A stretch of 64,000 bases of DNA from a virus (taxonomy: Duplodnaviria > Caudoviricetes): IMG/VR virus record IMGVR_UViG_3300031992_000038, positions 32,001-96,000 of that record. One strand, given 5' to 3'. The notes beneath the pieces are model-generated. The model saw nothing but the letters and a program-made list of their open reading frames with translations. It made no database searches and had not been told where the DNA came from. The translations under genes and the position numbers were made by a program. This document shows positions 18,156 to 28,855 of the stretch, piece by piece. Within the stretch, counting starts at the first letter, position 1, and every line of letters starts with the position of its first letter.

Positions 18156-19250
18156 TCAAATGTTAAAAGCAGCGAACGCCCTCACGCGAACGTCGCCATA
18201 GACATTACTCTTATCGCTGTATGCCACGCTACCAAGGCTGTTGAGCTCCCACGCATGGATTGTATCGTTCTCTGTCGAAGACCAACACCAATATCCCAAA
18301 GAATCGCAGTCCTTCGTGTAGTCGCCGAACTGAACGGCCGAGGATCCGAGCGCATCGAGCGACTCGTTAATCTTCTTGGCCCTTGTGTACAGGTATCCGA
18401 GTTCTCCGATTGCGGGCAGGTACCAATCACCTTGAGAGGTACCGATTGTGCTGAACAGGTGGCACGCGAAAGCGGCTGGATAGTTCGCCGTATTGTTAGC
18501 GAACGCGCCGCTTGAATAGGTGTCCTTGATTGCGGACAGGTTGACGAGCACTTCGGTGTTCGCCTTGCCGTCCATGTCGGCGAGAGCTTGCCCTGCCGTG
18601 ATGTATGCCGGATTCTGAGAACCGTCCGAGGTGTATGGGGAAATGACAAGTTCGCTGTCCGATACGACGTGAGTATATTGCTTGCTAATTGTCCTCCACC
18701 AAGCAGTCTCGGTGTCGTCCGTGTTGTCTTGGGTGGTCATGTCATACGTGCCGTCACCTATGATTGTTATTTGGGTCATTCCCTTGTACAGGTCGCTCGG
18801 GAAGTAACCGTTCATGTTCGTTCCACCTGTGGTCTTGATTGTGGTGTAGTTCGTCAAACCATCGACATGTGTTCCTTTCACACCCCAAAACAGGTTCGTG
18901 CCGTTGGTCGCTGCGTTATCGTTGCCTGTACCGAGCGTGCCAGTCTGCGGTGTCTTGTACGACATGTTGCACAACGACATGCCCCTGCATTTTCCGTCAG
19001 GCATGTGTGATGCAGGAATCACGACCACCGCAACGGGTGTGCCGAGTGACGAGTTCCATTCATCCTTGCTTGTGGATTTCAGTGCCGTTCCATCATAGTA
19101 GATTATGTCACCGGCTTTGGGCTTTGGCTTGTTGTATGTCACCTCGTCTGTAGCGTCGATCAACGCAGTCCATGGCTCACCGTATTCCTGCCCATTATAG
19201 ACCGCGTCATGCTCCGCCTTTGTTCCAAATAAATGTAGATATTGTTCCAT
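18156..19250 (-). CDS. fibre/adhesin-like protein with N-terminal anchor and C-type-lectin-like (DUF1566/Lcl-type) C-terminus
   Basis: WYLPAIGELGYLY, WCWSSTE, RVRAFAAF; paralog of 26374 and 62901. Confidence 0.7.
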   Translation of the reverse strand: MEQYLHLFGTKAEHDAVYNGQEYGEPWTALIDATDEVTYNKPKPKAGDIIYYDGTALKSTSKDEWNSSLGTPVAVVVIPASHMPDGKCRGMSLCNMSYKTPQTGTLGTGNDNAATNGTNLFWGVKGTHVDGLTNYTTIKTTGGTNMNGYFPSDLYKGMTQITIIGDGTYDMTTQDNTDDTETAWWRTISKQYTHVVSDSELVISPYTSDGSQNPAYITAGQALADMDGKANTEVLVNLSAIKDTYSSGAFANNTANYPAAFACHLFSTIGTSQGDWYLPAIGELGYLYTRAKKINESLDALGSSAVQFGDYTKDCDSLGYWCWSSTENDTIHAWELNSLGSVAYSDKSNVYGDVRVRAFAAFNI

Positions 19251-19381
19251 GTGTTAAAAACAGTGTTTTTTTTGCTATAAATATCTGAACATATTAGGAA
19301 TTTTGGTAATGCCGGACCAAAGTCATGACGACACAGTAGGGCGGGAAAAAACCGTTGCATAAACCTCAATGTTTCTGTGCA

Positions 19382-19389
19382 CTATTTAT
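19382..19389 (+). promoter_or_regulatory. putative phage late promoter motif (C/A)TATTTAT (representative copy)
   Basis: On the sense strand shortly before structural-type genes at 18081, 19277, 19382, 24854, 27526, 36431, 36494, 37229, 40252. Confidence 0.6.
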
Positions 19390-19410
19390 CAACAAAAGGA
19401 TGAAATCATT

Positions 19411-19752
19411 ATGAGAAGAGTAGTCATAACAGAGTCGCAGTACGCCGCTTATTGTGGGTTGAGCGAGGCCGACGGCAAACTTAAGATTGACGTGGACAAA
19501 GCGGTCAAAGACATTCCGAACAGCGGAACAATGAACGCGTCACAGAAACTCAACACAGTGGCGACCAAACTCGGCAACCCGAGCGGTGTGGACTACGTCA
19601 CCGGTTCGGAGACCGGGACGCAAGACAGTTCGTCAACGTCCGGAACGGTGAACGACAGTGTGATACGCAAGTCAGACATCGACAAGGCGATGCGCGAGGC
19701 GCTGAAAAGAAACTCAAGACTTTACACGGTAAAAGACTTTCTCGCAAGATGA
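19411..19752 (+). CDS. hypothetical virion-associated protein
   Basis: MRRVVITESQY start; follows CTATTTAT. Confidence 0.65.
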   Translation: MRRVVITESQYAAYCGLSEADGKLKIDVDKAVKDIPNSGTMNASQKLNTVATKLGNPSGVDYVTGSETGTQDSSSTSGTVNDSVIRKSDIDKAMREALKRNSRLYTVKDFLAR

Positions 19753-20864
19753 ACAGAGGATTCACACAGACAATACCGACGGCGGTGTCTGAATCAATAC
19801 TTGACGCGATAAGGTCAGGCGACACGTCGCTGATGGACAACCCGGCAGTGCCGGTCATCGGCGGAGAGAGCATACTCGTCAGACTGGTCGCCGAAAAGGT
19901 CGGAAAGTTAGGCGATTGTTCCGACGTCGCCGGCATGCACAACAGACTGTCCGAACTGATCACGGAGTGCATGGGACGCGAACGGGACAACCGTCCGGCG
20001 CTCGAGTCGCTGTGCGCTGATGTCGTCCTCGACATGCTTCAGGTGCCTGACGACATGGTCACGCTTGACGTGAAACTGACCGAGAACATCGATGACTCCT
20101 CGCAGAGGCTTCTGCCCGAGTCGGACGACGAATATGAGTACGACAGCCTGTCCGACATGTCGGACATGGAGGACGAGATAGCGCGCCGCCGCATGATGAA
20201 CGCCATAGTGACAGGAGCGTCCGTCGCTCTTTCGTCAAACGTAAAATCGTACGTGCAGAACGTGTTCGACATAGACCCGTATCTTCCGTCACTGTACAAG
20301 GAGATAATGGAGCTGAACGAGAAACTGCTTTATCTTGACGGGGATGTCAGTGATGAAGGCGGAAGCACAAAAGGCGCCGTTGTGGACGTCAGTCTCGGTT
20401 CGCCGGACAAGACAGTCGTGGTCAAGGCGCGGGGCGTGATATTCCCGATGCTGCTGGCCGAGACCATCAAGGGCGTCCTCGAGATAGCGTCTTCCCACGG
20501 ACTTCCGGACGACATGCGCCGGGCGGAGCACATCATGAAGTGCGCCGACTACAGTTCGTCGGAGGTGTGGGACATGCGTCTCGGAACCATCATATGGGAC
20601 AGGATATACGGACAGACACCGGACGTGGATCCGAGTTATCTGATACTTGCCCTCGCCGAGATGGGCACCGCTGAATTCACCGGCGCCGTTAAAGAGATGA
20701 TAGCGTGCACGCGCGAGGGAAAGCGCATCGCCGATTCGATATGTGAAGACATCCGCTACGAGTTGGAGCAGGACGACTTTGACGCCCACATGCACGACAT
20801 GGCGGACAAGTACCGCATGGACGACAGCGAAGACCCTGACGACGACATGCTAAGAGGATGGTAA
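19749..20864 (+). CDS. hypothetical protein upstream of terminase
   Basis: 371-aa acidic ORF, ATGA overlap with the upstream gene. Confidence 0.75.
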   Translation: MNRGFTQTIPTAVSESILDAIRSGDTSLMDNPAVPVIGGESILVRLVAEKVGKLGDCSDVAGMHNRLSELITECMGRERDNRPALESLCADVVLDMLQVPDDMVTLDVKLTENIDDSSQRLLPESDDEYEYDSLSDMSDMEDEIARRRMMNAIVTGASVALSSNVKSYVQNVFDIDPYLPSLYKEIMELNEKLLYLDGDVSDEGGSTKGAVVDVSLGSPDKTVVVKARGVIFPMLLAETIKGVLEIASSHGLPDDMRRAEHIMKCADYSSSEVWDMRLGTIIWDRIYGQTPDVDPSYLILALAEMGTAEFTGAVKEMIACTREGKRIADSICEDIRYELEQDDFDAHMHDMADKYRMDDSEDPDDDMLRGW

Positions 20865-20879
20865 CAAAATTCATTTAGG

Positions 20880-22745
20880 ATGAGCAAACAAGAAGAATAT
20901 CTGAAGTGTTACCAAGACAAGACACGGATATACTTTATAGAACACTACCTGTCCACATACAACGCTGACGACAGGAAGGAGACCCCGTTCATTCTATTCC
21001 CGAGGCAGAAGGAGTTCCTCCGCAGTCTCGCCACCAACCAGAACACGATAGCAATCAAGCACAGGCAGGCCGGAATCACGACAGTGTCAAGCGCCTGGAT
21101 AACCGGACAGTGCGTGTTCGCGAACAAGAAGTCGCCGGAGACAGTGCTGTGCATAGGGAACAGTCTTGACATATCACAGCAGCTGCTTGACAAAATGGGC
21201 ACGTTCATCGACCAAGTCCCGAGGTGGATGTGGGGCGGCGACTATTACTCGCCGGACCCGAACAGCCCGAAGAACTCCAAGTCCATATTCAAGACGAGGA
21301 ACCAGAAGATGATAGAACTCGTCAACGGATGCAAACTGTACGCACGCTCGTCAGGACCGCACGCCGCGCGAGGAATCTCGGCCGTGTCAATACTGATATT
21401 CGACGAGGCGGCGTTCATACAGGACGGTCCTGCGGTCTATGCCCAGGCCGTCGCAGCGCAGTCGTCAGTCGGCGAATCGTCTAGATGCATCATGGTGTCG
21501 ACACCAAACGGCAAGGACCAATTGTACTACAAGACATACGCCAATGCGATCAGCGGCGAGAACAACTACCATCCAGTCGAGTTCAAGTGGTTCCAGGACC
21601 CGAGGTACAACCGCAACCTCAAATGGTACAAGCTAGACAGTTCGACCGGCGAGATGAAGTGGGACATCGACCAAGTGGTGAACCGCCGCGGCGACATCGT
21701 CTATGATGAGGAAAGATGGCGCTCGCTTGAGCGGGACGGATGGACTCCGACTTCTCCGTGGTTTGAGGGGATGTGCAAGACACTCAACAATGACGAAATG
21801 CGCATAGCGCAGGAGCTGCTCGTGTCATTCCTCGGTTCTTCGGACAACGTTCTCCAACCTGAAGTGATTGACTTCCACCGCACGGCAAACGTCGTCGACA
21901 TCACAGACGACTGGCCGCTGCGAGATCCCCTTATAAAGGAGACGTGGATATGGAAAGACCCGGTTCCGTCGCACCGATACATCGTGGCGTGCGACGCGTC
22001 GACCGGTTCGTCCGAGGACCGCACGGCGATAGAAGTGATAGACATAGACGCCAAAGACGACCGCGGCGTTCCTTATTTCGACCAAGTGCTCGAATACTAC
22101 GGGAAAATGACGGGCGACGAGATAGGGGAGATGCTGTACAATTACGGGAGGGCGTACAATGACGCGCTGATCATCGTCGACTGCATCGGAGGGTACGGTG
22201 ACGCCGCGATACTCACGCTCATGAACCTCGGTTACACGAACCTGTACTACGACGAGCCGCAACTGAAGACATATGTGGCAATGAACCAATACTCTCCGTC
22301 CGCGCAGTCAGACACGCTCCCCGGTTTCAGGTCGAACAACCTGCGCATACAGATGCTGAGCAATTTCGTCACACTTCTCAAGACCAACGCGCTCAGAATA
22401 CGCAGCCGCCGCGTGATCACCGAACTCGAGACATGGGTGTGGAAGAACGGGCGTCCGGACCATATGGACGGCGCGCATGACGACAGCATAACGTGCCTGG
22501 CAATGGGCGGCTTCATCATACAGTTCTACCTCATGAAGAACGAGGAGAGCAAAAGACGCGACGCCGCAATCGTGAAGTCGTGGTGCGTCAACAACTCATA
22601 CGAGCGGCGCGAGACGCAGGCCAGCAACGGAACGGCGAACAATCACCCGATGCCGATATATTCGTCGCGCAGCATGGAGATGGACCGCCAGCGGAGGCTG
22701 CAGGCGATGCTCATGATAGGCGGATTCGGCAGGAAAAAGCGTTGA
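20880..22745 (+). CDS. terL: terminase large subunit (T4 gp17-like)
   Basis: KHRQAGITT (Walker A variant), ILIFDEAAF (Walker B), VSTPNG, IAQEL, YIVACD, HDDSI nuclease motif; adjacent to portal. Confidence 0.93.
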   Translation: MSKQEEYLKCYQDKTRIYFIEHYLSTYNADDRKETPFILFPRQKEFLRSLATNQNTIAIKHRQAGITTVSSAWITGQCVFANKKSPETVLCIGNSLDISQQLLDKMGTFIDQVPRWMWGGDYYSPDPNSPKNSKSIFKTRNQKMIELVNGCKLYARSSGPHAARGISAVSILIFDEAAFIQDGPAVYAQAVAAQSSVGESSRCIMVSTPNGKDQLYYKTYANAISGENNYHPVEFKWFQDPRYNRNLKWYKLDSSTGEMKWDIDQVVNRRGDIVYDEERWRSLERDGWTPTSPWFEGMCKTLNNDEMRIAQELLVSFLGSSDNVLQPEVIDFHRTANVVDITDDWPLRDPLIKETWIWKDPVPSHRYIVACDASTGSSEDRTAIEVIDIDAKDDRGVPYFDQVLEYYGKMTGDEIGEMLYNYGRAYNDALIIVDCIGGYGDAAILTLMNLGYTNLYYDEPQLKTYVAMNQYSPSAQSDTLPGFRSNNLRIQMLSNFVTLLKTNALRIRSRRVITELETWVWKNGRPDHMDGAHDDSITCLAMGGFIIQFYLMKNEESKRRDAAIVKSWCVNNSYERRETQASNGTANNHPMPIYSSRSMEMDRQRRLQAMLMIGGFGRKKR

Positions 22746-22791
22746 CTAAGGCAGAACAATTCGGCATTTTTACTAAAACAGCGAGAACAAA

Positions 22792-24843
22792 ATGGCAAAA
22801 CCGACAATTTTTCAAAGACTGACCAACATATTCTCGGACTCCCCCAAGACATCGAAGACTGTCAACAGGTACGGCATCGACGCCAACGACATACTGTTCA
22901 GGACGACCGACAAGGACGAGTTCGACTCAAAGAAACTTGAGTACAGACAGCAGAACTTGCTGGCGAGACAGTGGAGGCGCGCCCAGTACGACGTGGCCAA
23001 CAGACAAGTGGCCGGGCTGAACGAGGTGAAACTCATGTACCGCGACGCCGACCTTATGGACACATTCCCCGAGATCGGGGCGGCGCTTGACATCGTGTCG
23101 GAAGAGGCGTGCACGATAAAGAACAGCGGATACATGGTGAACGTGACCTCGAAGTCCGACCGCGTGGCGTCCATACTGAGGGACCTGCTCGTCAACAGGC
23201 TGTCAATACACACGACACTTCCGATGGTGTGCCGCAGCATGTGCAAGTACGGCAACACATACATGCTCCTCAACACGGACATGGACAACGGCGTGATGGG
23301 ATGGAAACAGTTGCCGGTCTATGAGATGGAAAGGTACGAGAACGGCATGCTCAACGCATACGCATCACCCGGAATAAGCATGTCGGCGATAAACCCTGAC
23401 AAGTCAACGTCGACCAAGTTCGTGTGGGTCGGGAACAACGAGTTCATCGCCTACCAGAACTGGCAGGTCGCCCACTTCAGGCTTCTGTACGACTCGCTGT
23501 ACCTACCGTACGGCATGTCATATCTCGCAAAGGCGAGGAGGCATTTCCGCATGCTGTCAATGATGGAGGACATGATGCTCATATACCGCCTCGAGAGGTC
23601 GGTCGAGAGAAGGGTGTTCAAGATAAACGTCGGAACTATCGACGACGCGGACGTTCCGGCATACGTGCAGCAGATAGCGGACAACTTCAAGAGGACACCG
23701 GTGATCGACCCTATGACCGGTCAGATTGACCTGCGAAAGGGCGTCATGTCGCAGATGGACGACTATTTCATCCCTGTCAGGGACCCGAACGAGCCGAACC
23801 CGATCGAGACACTGGCGGCGGCGCAGAACATGAACGCGATGGACGACATCAAGTTCGTTCAGAACAAAGTCATGACAGCGCTCCGAGTGCCAAAGTCGTT
23901 CCTGAACTTCGAGGAGGAGAAGGGTGACGGAAAAAACCTGTCGATGCTTGACGTGAGGTTCACGAGGACAGTGAACAGAATACAGCAGGCGCTTCTCATG
24001 GAACTCAACAAGATATGCATCATACACCTGTACCTGCTCGGTTTCGTCGACGACCTCACGAACTTCACACTCACTATGAACAACCCGTCCTCACAGGCCG
24101 AGATGCTTGAATTCGAGAACCTCGCCAAGAAGATAACCACGGCAAAGGACGCCGTGTCGGACGCTGGAAACGGAATACCGGTCTACTCGCTCGCAAGGGC
24201 GTGGAGGGAAATTCTCGGATGGTCAGACAAGGAAATCGAGGAGAACCTCGACAACCTGCGCCTCGAGAAAGCGCTCGCGGCGGAACTCGAGAACACGAGC
24301 GACATCATCAAGAGGACAAGGATATTCGACAAGATAGACAACGTGTACGGCGAACCCGGCGCAGAATACGGACAGTCGTCCGGCGGACAGGGTGACGAAG
24401 GTCCCGGCGGCGGAGGCCCCGGCGGAGGAGGATTCGGCGGCGGCATGGGTTCGTTCGATTTCGCTGACGAAGAAGGCGACATGTCAGGCATGGGAGAAGA
24501 AGGCGACATGGGAATGGACATGGCGGCCGGCGAGGATATCGGCGGAGAAGGCGGCGAAGAGACGAATGGCGGGCCTGAGGCCGCTCCACCGCAAGAGTCG
24601 ATATCGCGCATGATGGACCGGGCGCTCAAACAGTCGCTCAACGAGCAGGAACGCATCAAGAACGAACTGATTGAGAAGAGCCGACGGTACACACAGATGC
24701 TCAAGGAACGAAAGAGCGGAACGCGCATGACCAACGAACCGTCGACAAGCGAACCAACATTGTCGGACAAGACATTCCTCGTCAACGAGGAACTGAACGC
24801 CGTGTCGCAGGAACTCAAGAAGATAATCAACCCCACCAAGTAG
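22792..24843 (+). CDS. portal protein (T4 gp20-like)
   Basis: MMEDMMLIYRLERSVERRVFKINVG, DDYFIPVRD, ALRVPKSFL; long Gly/acidic C-terminal tail. Confidence 0.92.
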   Translation: MAKPTIFQRLTNIFSDSPKTSKTVNRYGIDANDILFRTTDKDEFDSKKLEYRQQNLLARQWRRAQYDVANRQVAGLNEVKLMYRDADLMDTFPEIGAALDIVSEEACTIKNSGYMVNVTSKSDRVASILRDLLVNRLSIHTTLPMVCRSMCKYGNTYMLLNTDMDNGVMGWKQLPVYEMERYENGMLNAYASPGISMSAINPDKSTSTKFVWVGNNEFIAYQNWQVAHFRLLYDSLYLPYGMSYLAKARRHFRMLSMMEDMMLIYRLERSVERRVFKINVGTIDDADVPAYVQQIADNFKRTPVIDPMTGQIDLRKGVMSQMDDYFIPVRDPNEPNPIETLAAAQNMNAMDDIKFVQNKVMTALRVPKSFLNFEEEKGDGKNLSMLDVRFTRTVNRIQQALLMELNKICIIHLYLLGFVDDLTNFTLTMNNPSSQAEMLEFENLAKKITTAKDAVSDAGNGIPVYSLARAWREILGWSDKEIEENLDNLRLEKALAAELENTSDIIKRTRIFDKIDNVYGEPGAEYGQSSGGQGDEGPGGGGPGGGGFGGGMGSFDFADEEGDMSGMGEEGDMGMDMAAGEDIGGEGGEETNGGPEAAPPQESISRMMDRALKQSLNEQERIKNELIEKSRRYTQMLKERKSGTRMTNEPSTSEPTLSDKTFLVNEELNAVSQELKKIINPTK

Positions 24844-24887
24844 ACACAGCAAAATATTTATTGATTGCAAACAAAAAACGAACATCA

Positions 24888-25775
24888 ATGACAGACTACA
24901 CTGAAATATTCGAGAAGGCCGGCGAGATGATGGACAAGGCACGCAAACTGTACGGAGAAGGAAACATCACCGGCGGAAACAAGGCCCGAGAGGAGGCCAA
25001 CCGGATGTACGAGTCGGCCGAACGATACGCAAACTCAGACGACGGGAAGCTTACCGCGCTTTACGGCGAGAACCGAAACTTCGGGATAGTGATGCGCGTG
25101 CTGCGCGAAAACGTCAGCAACGGAAACATCGGGGACAAGCACATCAGGAAACTGATACGGGAGTCACTCGGCGCAATCAAGTCAGACCCGGCGCTCAAGG
25201 CCGAGGCCGCCATGTACATGGCGCTCACCGAGTCATCGGACGTGAAGGACAGCGCGGCATACGTGGAGAGAGCGCTCTCGCTTACCGACGGTTTCAGGGC
25301 GCGCGAACTGCGAGAGGCGAACGAACGACTGATAAGGATACTTCAGGAGAACAGGGCGGACGAGTACGTAAACATCCCGGACCGAGACATCGAGATGTAC
25401 GACATAATCGAGTCCGCCATGCTGACACGCAAAGACCCGTCGCGCATCAACGAGTACATCGAAGACCGAGGCAAACTGGCCGAGGCGCTGATCACTGACG
25501 ACGAGGAGAACGGACTGACTGACGACGAGGAGAAACTGATCGAAGACGTCCTCGGCGACGGAGGAAACACGGAGGAAATCTACAACGGAACGAAGGAAGA
25601 AGCGCTCGAGTCCGTCAAGAGGGTATCCGAGCAATCCGGACAGGACGCTGAAACACGCGACAAGCTCAACTCAATCTACGAGGACATCATATCCAAGGAG
25701 TTCCGTCCGGGTTTTGACGCCCTCAAGGACATCGCCGAATTCGTCGAGATAAAAAATGTCATCGACGGACAATAA
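24888..25775 (+). CDS. hypothetical head-morphogenesis-region protein
   Basis: Helical acidic ORF after portal; ATATTTAT upstream. Confidence 0.7.
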   Translation: MTDYTEIFEKAGEMMDKARKLYGEGNITGGNKAREEANRMYESAERYANSDDGKLTALYGENRNFGIVMRVLRENVSNGNIGDKHIRKLIRESLGAIKSDPALKAEAAMYMALTESSDVKDSAAYVERALSLTDGFRARELREANERLIRILQENRADEYVNIPDRDIEMYDIIESAMLTRKDPSRINEYIEDRGKLAEALITDDEENGLTDDEEKLIEDVLGDGGNTEEIYNGTKEEALESVKRVSEQSGQDAETRDKLNSIYEDIISKEFRPGFDALKDIAEFVEIKNVIDGQ

Positions 25776-25798
25776 CAACACACATCAAACAACTGACC

Positions 25799-26266
25799 AT
25801 GACAATAACCGTAGACCGCAAATACAAGATGTCCACATACACCATATCGAACCTGTTCATAGACGGGGAATGGTTCTGCAACGTGGTGGAGGACAAAGAC
25901 AGGGGACTCAAGCAGTCCATGAAACCTGACGAGATAAAGAAAATCAAGAAAAAGGACGTGACAGCAATACCCGCCGGAACGTACAACGTGACGATCAATG
26001 TTCCGTCACCGAAATTCTCGACAAAAGCGTTCTACAAGACACACGCCAACGGAGGCAGAGTGCCGAGGATTCTCGACGTGCCCGGTTTCGACGGCATACT
26101 GATACACTGCGGAAGCAACGCCACACACAGTTCAGGTTGCCTCATCGTAGGGTACAACAAGATAAAAGGAGGTGTCACTGACTCACAGACCGTTTTCAAG
26201 GCGTTGTACAAGAAGATGTTAGAAGCAGCAAATAAGGGCGAAAAAATAACCATCAAGATAGGTTAA
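25799..26266 (+). CDS. DUF5675 family protein (putative cell-wall enzyme)
   Basis: TAIPAGTY, GILIHCGSN, SSGCLIVG. Confidence 0.8.
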   Translation: MTITVDRKYKMSTYTISNLFIDGEWFCNVVEDKDRGLKQSMKPDEIKKIKKKDVTAIPAGTYNVTINVPSPKFSTKAFYKTHANGGRVPRILDVPGFDGILIHCGSNATHSSGCLIVGYNKIKGGVTDSQTVFKALYKKMLEAANKGEKITIKIG

Positions 26267-26287
26267 AGGGTCTATACAACTTAACGA

Positions 26288-26328
26288 GGAAAATCCACCG
26301 ACGGTTCGCACTATCGGTGGATTTCCTT
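26288..26328. terminator. bidirectional intrinsic terminator
   Basis: AAATCCACCGA...TCGGTGGATTT between convergent genes. Confidence 0.7.
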
Positions 26329-26373
26329 TATGTATTATGTGCATTTTTCAAAACTAAGGAGACACGCAGAATG

Positions 26374-27501
26374 TCAAATGTCAAAAGCCGCGAACGCTCT
26401 CACGCGAAGGCGTTGATTGCCAAAGTCTTCGCCCTTAAGTCTATTGAACACGTTGCCATTGAGTTCGAGGCTCCACGCGGCTTCTGCATCGCACTCTGAG
26501 GAAGACCAACACGCAAGCCCCAAAGAATTGCTGTCATTCGTGAGGTCTCCGAACTGAACGGCTGAGTCACCAAGAGCAGTGAGCGACTCGTTTATCTTCT
26601 TAACTCTTGTGTACAGGTAACCCAATTCTCCGAGCGCTGGCAGGTACCATTGATTTTGCTCTGTCCCAATTGTGCTGAACAGGTGGCACGCGAACGCTGC
26701 GGGATAGTTCGCCGCATCGTTAGCGAATGCGCCGCTTGAATAGGTGTCCTTGATTGCTGACAGGTTGACAAGCACTTCTGTGTTCGCCTTGCCGTCCATG
26801 TCTGCTAGCGCCTGGCCCGCTGTGAGGTACGATGGGTTCTGAGAGCCGTCTGAAGCATAGGGGGAGATGGCGAATGGTGGCTCGTATGGACCATCCCATG
26901 GGTCTTCGCCCTCACCGATTTCAGACCACCAAGAGGTCTCGGTGTCCACCGTGTTGTCAATGACGGTTATGGGATATGTGCCATTACCGATTATCTCAAT
27001 CGTCGACATGCCCTTGTATAGGTCGCTCGGGAAGTGCCGATTACCTCTTGATGTCTGCCCGTCACTGAACATTAAGCTTTGGTAATTCGTCAGTCCTGCG
27101 ACATCCGTACCTCCCACACCCCACCTAAAGTTCGTGCCGTTGGTCACTGCGTTATCGTTGCCTGTTCCGAGCGTTCCTTCCTGCGGTGTGACATACGACA
27201 TGTTGCACAGAGACATGCCCCTACACTTTCCGTCAGGCATGTGCGACGCGGGGATAACAACCACCGCCACAGGCGTTCCGAGAGAAGCGTTCCATTCATC
27301 CTTGCTTGTCGCATTCAGCGTTCCGTTGCTCTCAGCATAGATGATTGAACCCGGAATGTTCTTGTAATCAATGACGGCCACCTTGTTGTATGTCACCGTG
27401 GTATCCGCGGTGATGTAGCCGACCCAAGGTTCATTGTACCCTTCGCCGTTATAGACAGCGTCATGGGCGGATTTTGTATCAAATAAATGCAAATAAGCCA
27501 T
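26374..27501 (-). CDS. fibre/adhesin-like protein, paralog of 18156..19250
   Basis: YLHLFDTKSAHDAVYNG anchor; WYLPALGEL, CWSSSE, RVRAFAAF. Confidence 0.7.
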   Translation of the reverse strand: MAYLHLFDTKSAHDAVYNGEGYNEPWVGYITADTTVTYNKVAVIDYKNIPGSIIYAESNGTLNATSKDEWNASLGTPVAVVVIPASHMPDGKCRGMSLCNMSYVTPQEGTLGTGNDNAVTNGTNFRWGVGGTDVAGLTNYQSLMFSDGQTSRGNRHFPSDLYKGMSTIEIIGNGTYPITVIDNTVDTETSWWSEIGEGEDPWDGPYEPPFAISPYASDGSQNPSYLTAGQALADMDGKANTEVLVNLSAIKDTYSSGAFANDAANYPAAFACHLFSTIGTEQNQWYLPALGELGYLYTRVKKINESLTALGDSAVQFGDLTNDSNSLGLACWSSSECDAEAAWSLELNGNVFNRLKGEDFGNQRLRVRAFAAFDI

Positions 27502-27609
27502 TTCTTAAGTAATGTTTGTCTTTACATAAATAGCAGTACCATTTTCAGTAACCAACGAAACGGTCGAAACTAAGACTCCCCTGTTTTAATGAATTTTAAC
27601 ATTAAAAAA

Positions 27610-27640
27610 TTTGTTTCATCCGTAAATTTTACTATCTTTG
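27610..27640 (+). promoter_or_regulatory. Bacteroidota consensus promoter
   Basis: TTTG-N19-TATCTTTG, exact consensus. Confidence 0.75.
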
Positions 27641-27644
27641 CGGC

Positions 27645-27950
27645 ATGAAAGAGAAGAAGATATTATTCATCACCGACCGCCACCAAAACTGTTGGATATG
27701 CGAACTGAACAGCGTGAAGTCCGGACTTATACTTACCGACGCCGACTACTCCGTGTCCACCGGTGTGATGACGCTGCATGACCCTCCTCAGGCGATTGAG
27801 AACGAGTCAAACGCCAACGTCAGGGAGGCGACCGAACAGGAAAGGACGATGTTCTTGAGAATAAAGGACAGCAATGCTGTCATTGAGCGAGACGAGTCAA
27901 CCGGAAAGGAGAACAACGAAAAGACTGAAACGAATGGACAAGACAAATGA
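27645..27950 (+). CDS. hypothetical protein
   Basis: ORF directly after promoter. Confidence 0.6.
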   Translation: MKEKKILFITDRHQNCWICELNSVKSGLILTDADYSVSTGVMTLHDPPQAIENESNANVREATEQERTMFLRIKDSNAVIERDESTGKENNEKTETNGQDK

Positions 27951-28809
27951 CATCATAGGGGCGTGCTACCCCGGCGGGTACATACGCCAATGCGACTGTG
28001 CCGACCTGATGGACAGCATGATAGAACGCGGGGACAAGGTCGACCTCATCGTCACGTCACCGCCGTATGACGATCTGAGGACATACGGAGACGTCGCGAT
28101 ATGGAACTTCGACAAGTTCATGGACCGCGCATTGAAGATGGGTGATGTGCTCAATGACGGAGGAGTGCTTGTGTGGGTCGTCGGAGACGCCACCGTGAAG
28201 GGCGGGGAGACAGGCACGTCATTCAGGCAGGCGCTGTTCTTCATGGACGCCGTCGGGTTGAAACTGCACGACACAATGATATACGAGAAGAACTCGTCCA
28301 CATTCCCGGCGAAAAGGACGGGCAACCGATACACGCAGATTTTCGAATACATGTTCGTTTTTGTGAAGGGGAAAAAACCGCGTGTGGCCAATCTGATATG
28401 TGACAAGGCCAACAAATGGGCCGGGCACACGTCTTGGGGCGACCAGATCATATATGAGGTGGACGGCACCCGCAGCAACCTCGGCAAGACCAAACCGGTG
28501 CCGGACTTCAGTCCGCGCACAAACATATGGAAGTACACCGTCGGGTTCAACGGGAGGAAGGGGCATCCGGCACAATTCCCGGACCGGCTCGCCCTTGACC
28601 ATATACTAACGTGGACGAACGAGGGGGACACCGTTTTCGACCCGTTCCTCGGAAGCGGGACAACGGCAATCGCCGCCATCAGGAGCGGCCGCAGGTTTAT
28701 CGGGAGCGAGACAAACCCCGAATATTTCGAGATATGCAAGAAGTACATCAGTGCCGAATATGACAAGATGAAAACGGATTCTGACGCGAATACAGTTAAA
28801 AACTGTTAA
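27934..28809 (+). CDS. DNA methyltransferase, N4-C/N6-A (beta class)
   Basis: VTSPPY, HPAQFP, DPFLGSGTT. Confidence 0.92.
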   Translation: MDKTNDIIGACYPGGYIRQCDCADLMDSMIERGDKVDLIVTSPPYDDLRTYGDVAIWNFDKFMDRALKMGDVLNDGGVLVWVVGDATVKGGETGTSFRQALFFMDAVGLKLHDTMIYEKNSSTFPAKRTGNRYTQIFEYMFVFVKGKKPRVANLICDKANKWAGHTSWGDQIIYEVDGTRSNLGKTKPVPDFSPRTNIWKYTVGFNGRKGHPAQFPDRLALDHILTWTNEGDTVFDPFLGSGTTAIAAIRSGRRFIGSETNPEYFEICKKYISAEYDKMKTDSDANTVKNC

Positions 28810-28813
28810 TGTA

Positions 28814-28845
28814 CTTGCACAATTCATATTTTTTTATTACCTTTG
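28814..28845 (+). promoter_or_regulatory. Bacteroidota-type promoter
   Basis: CTTG-N20-TACCTTTG with upstream GTTAA boxes. Confidence 0.7.
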
Positions 28846-28855
28846 CGAATAAACT

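Noticed and set aside
20880-22745. Terminase Walker A lacks the usual Lys (RQAGITT)
   Set aside because: This variant is familiar in large-phage terminases and the other motifs are intact; not evidence of inactivation.
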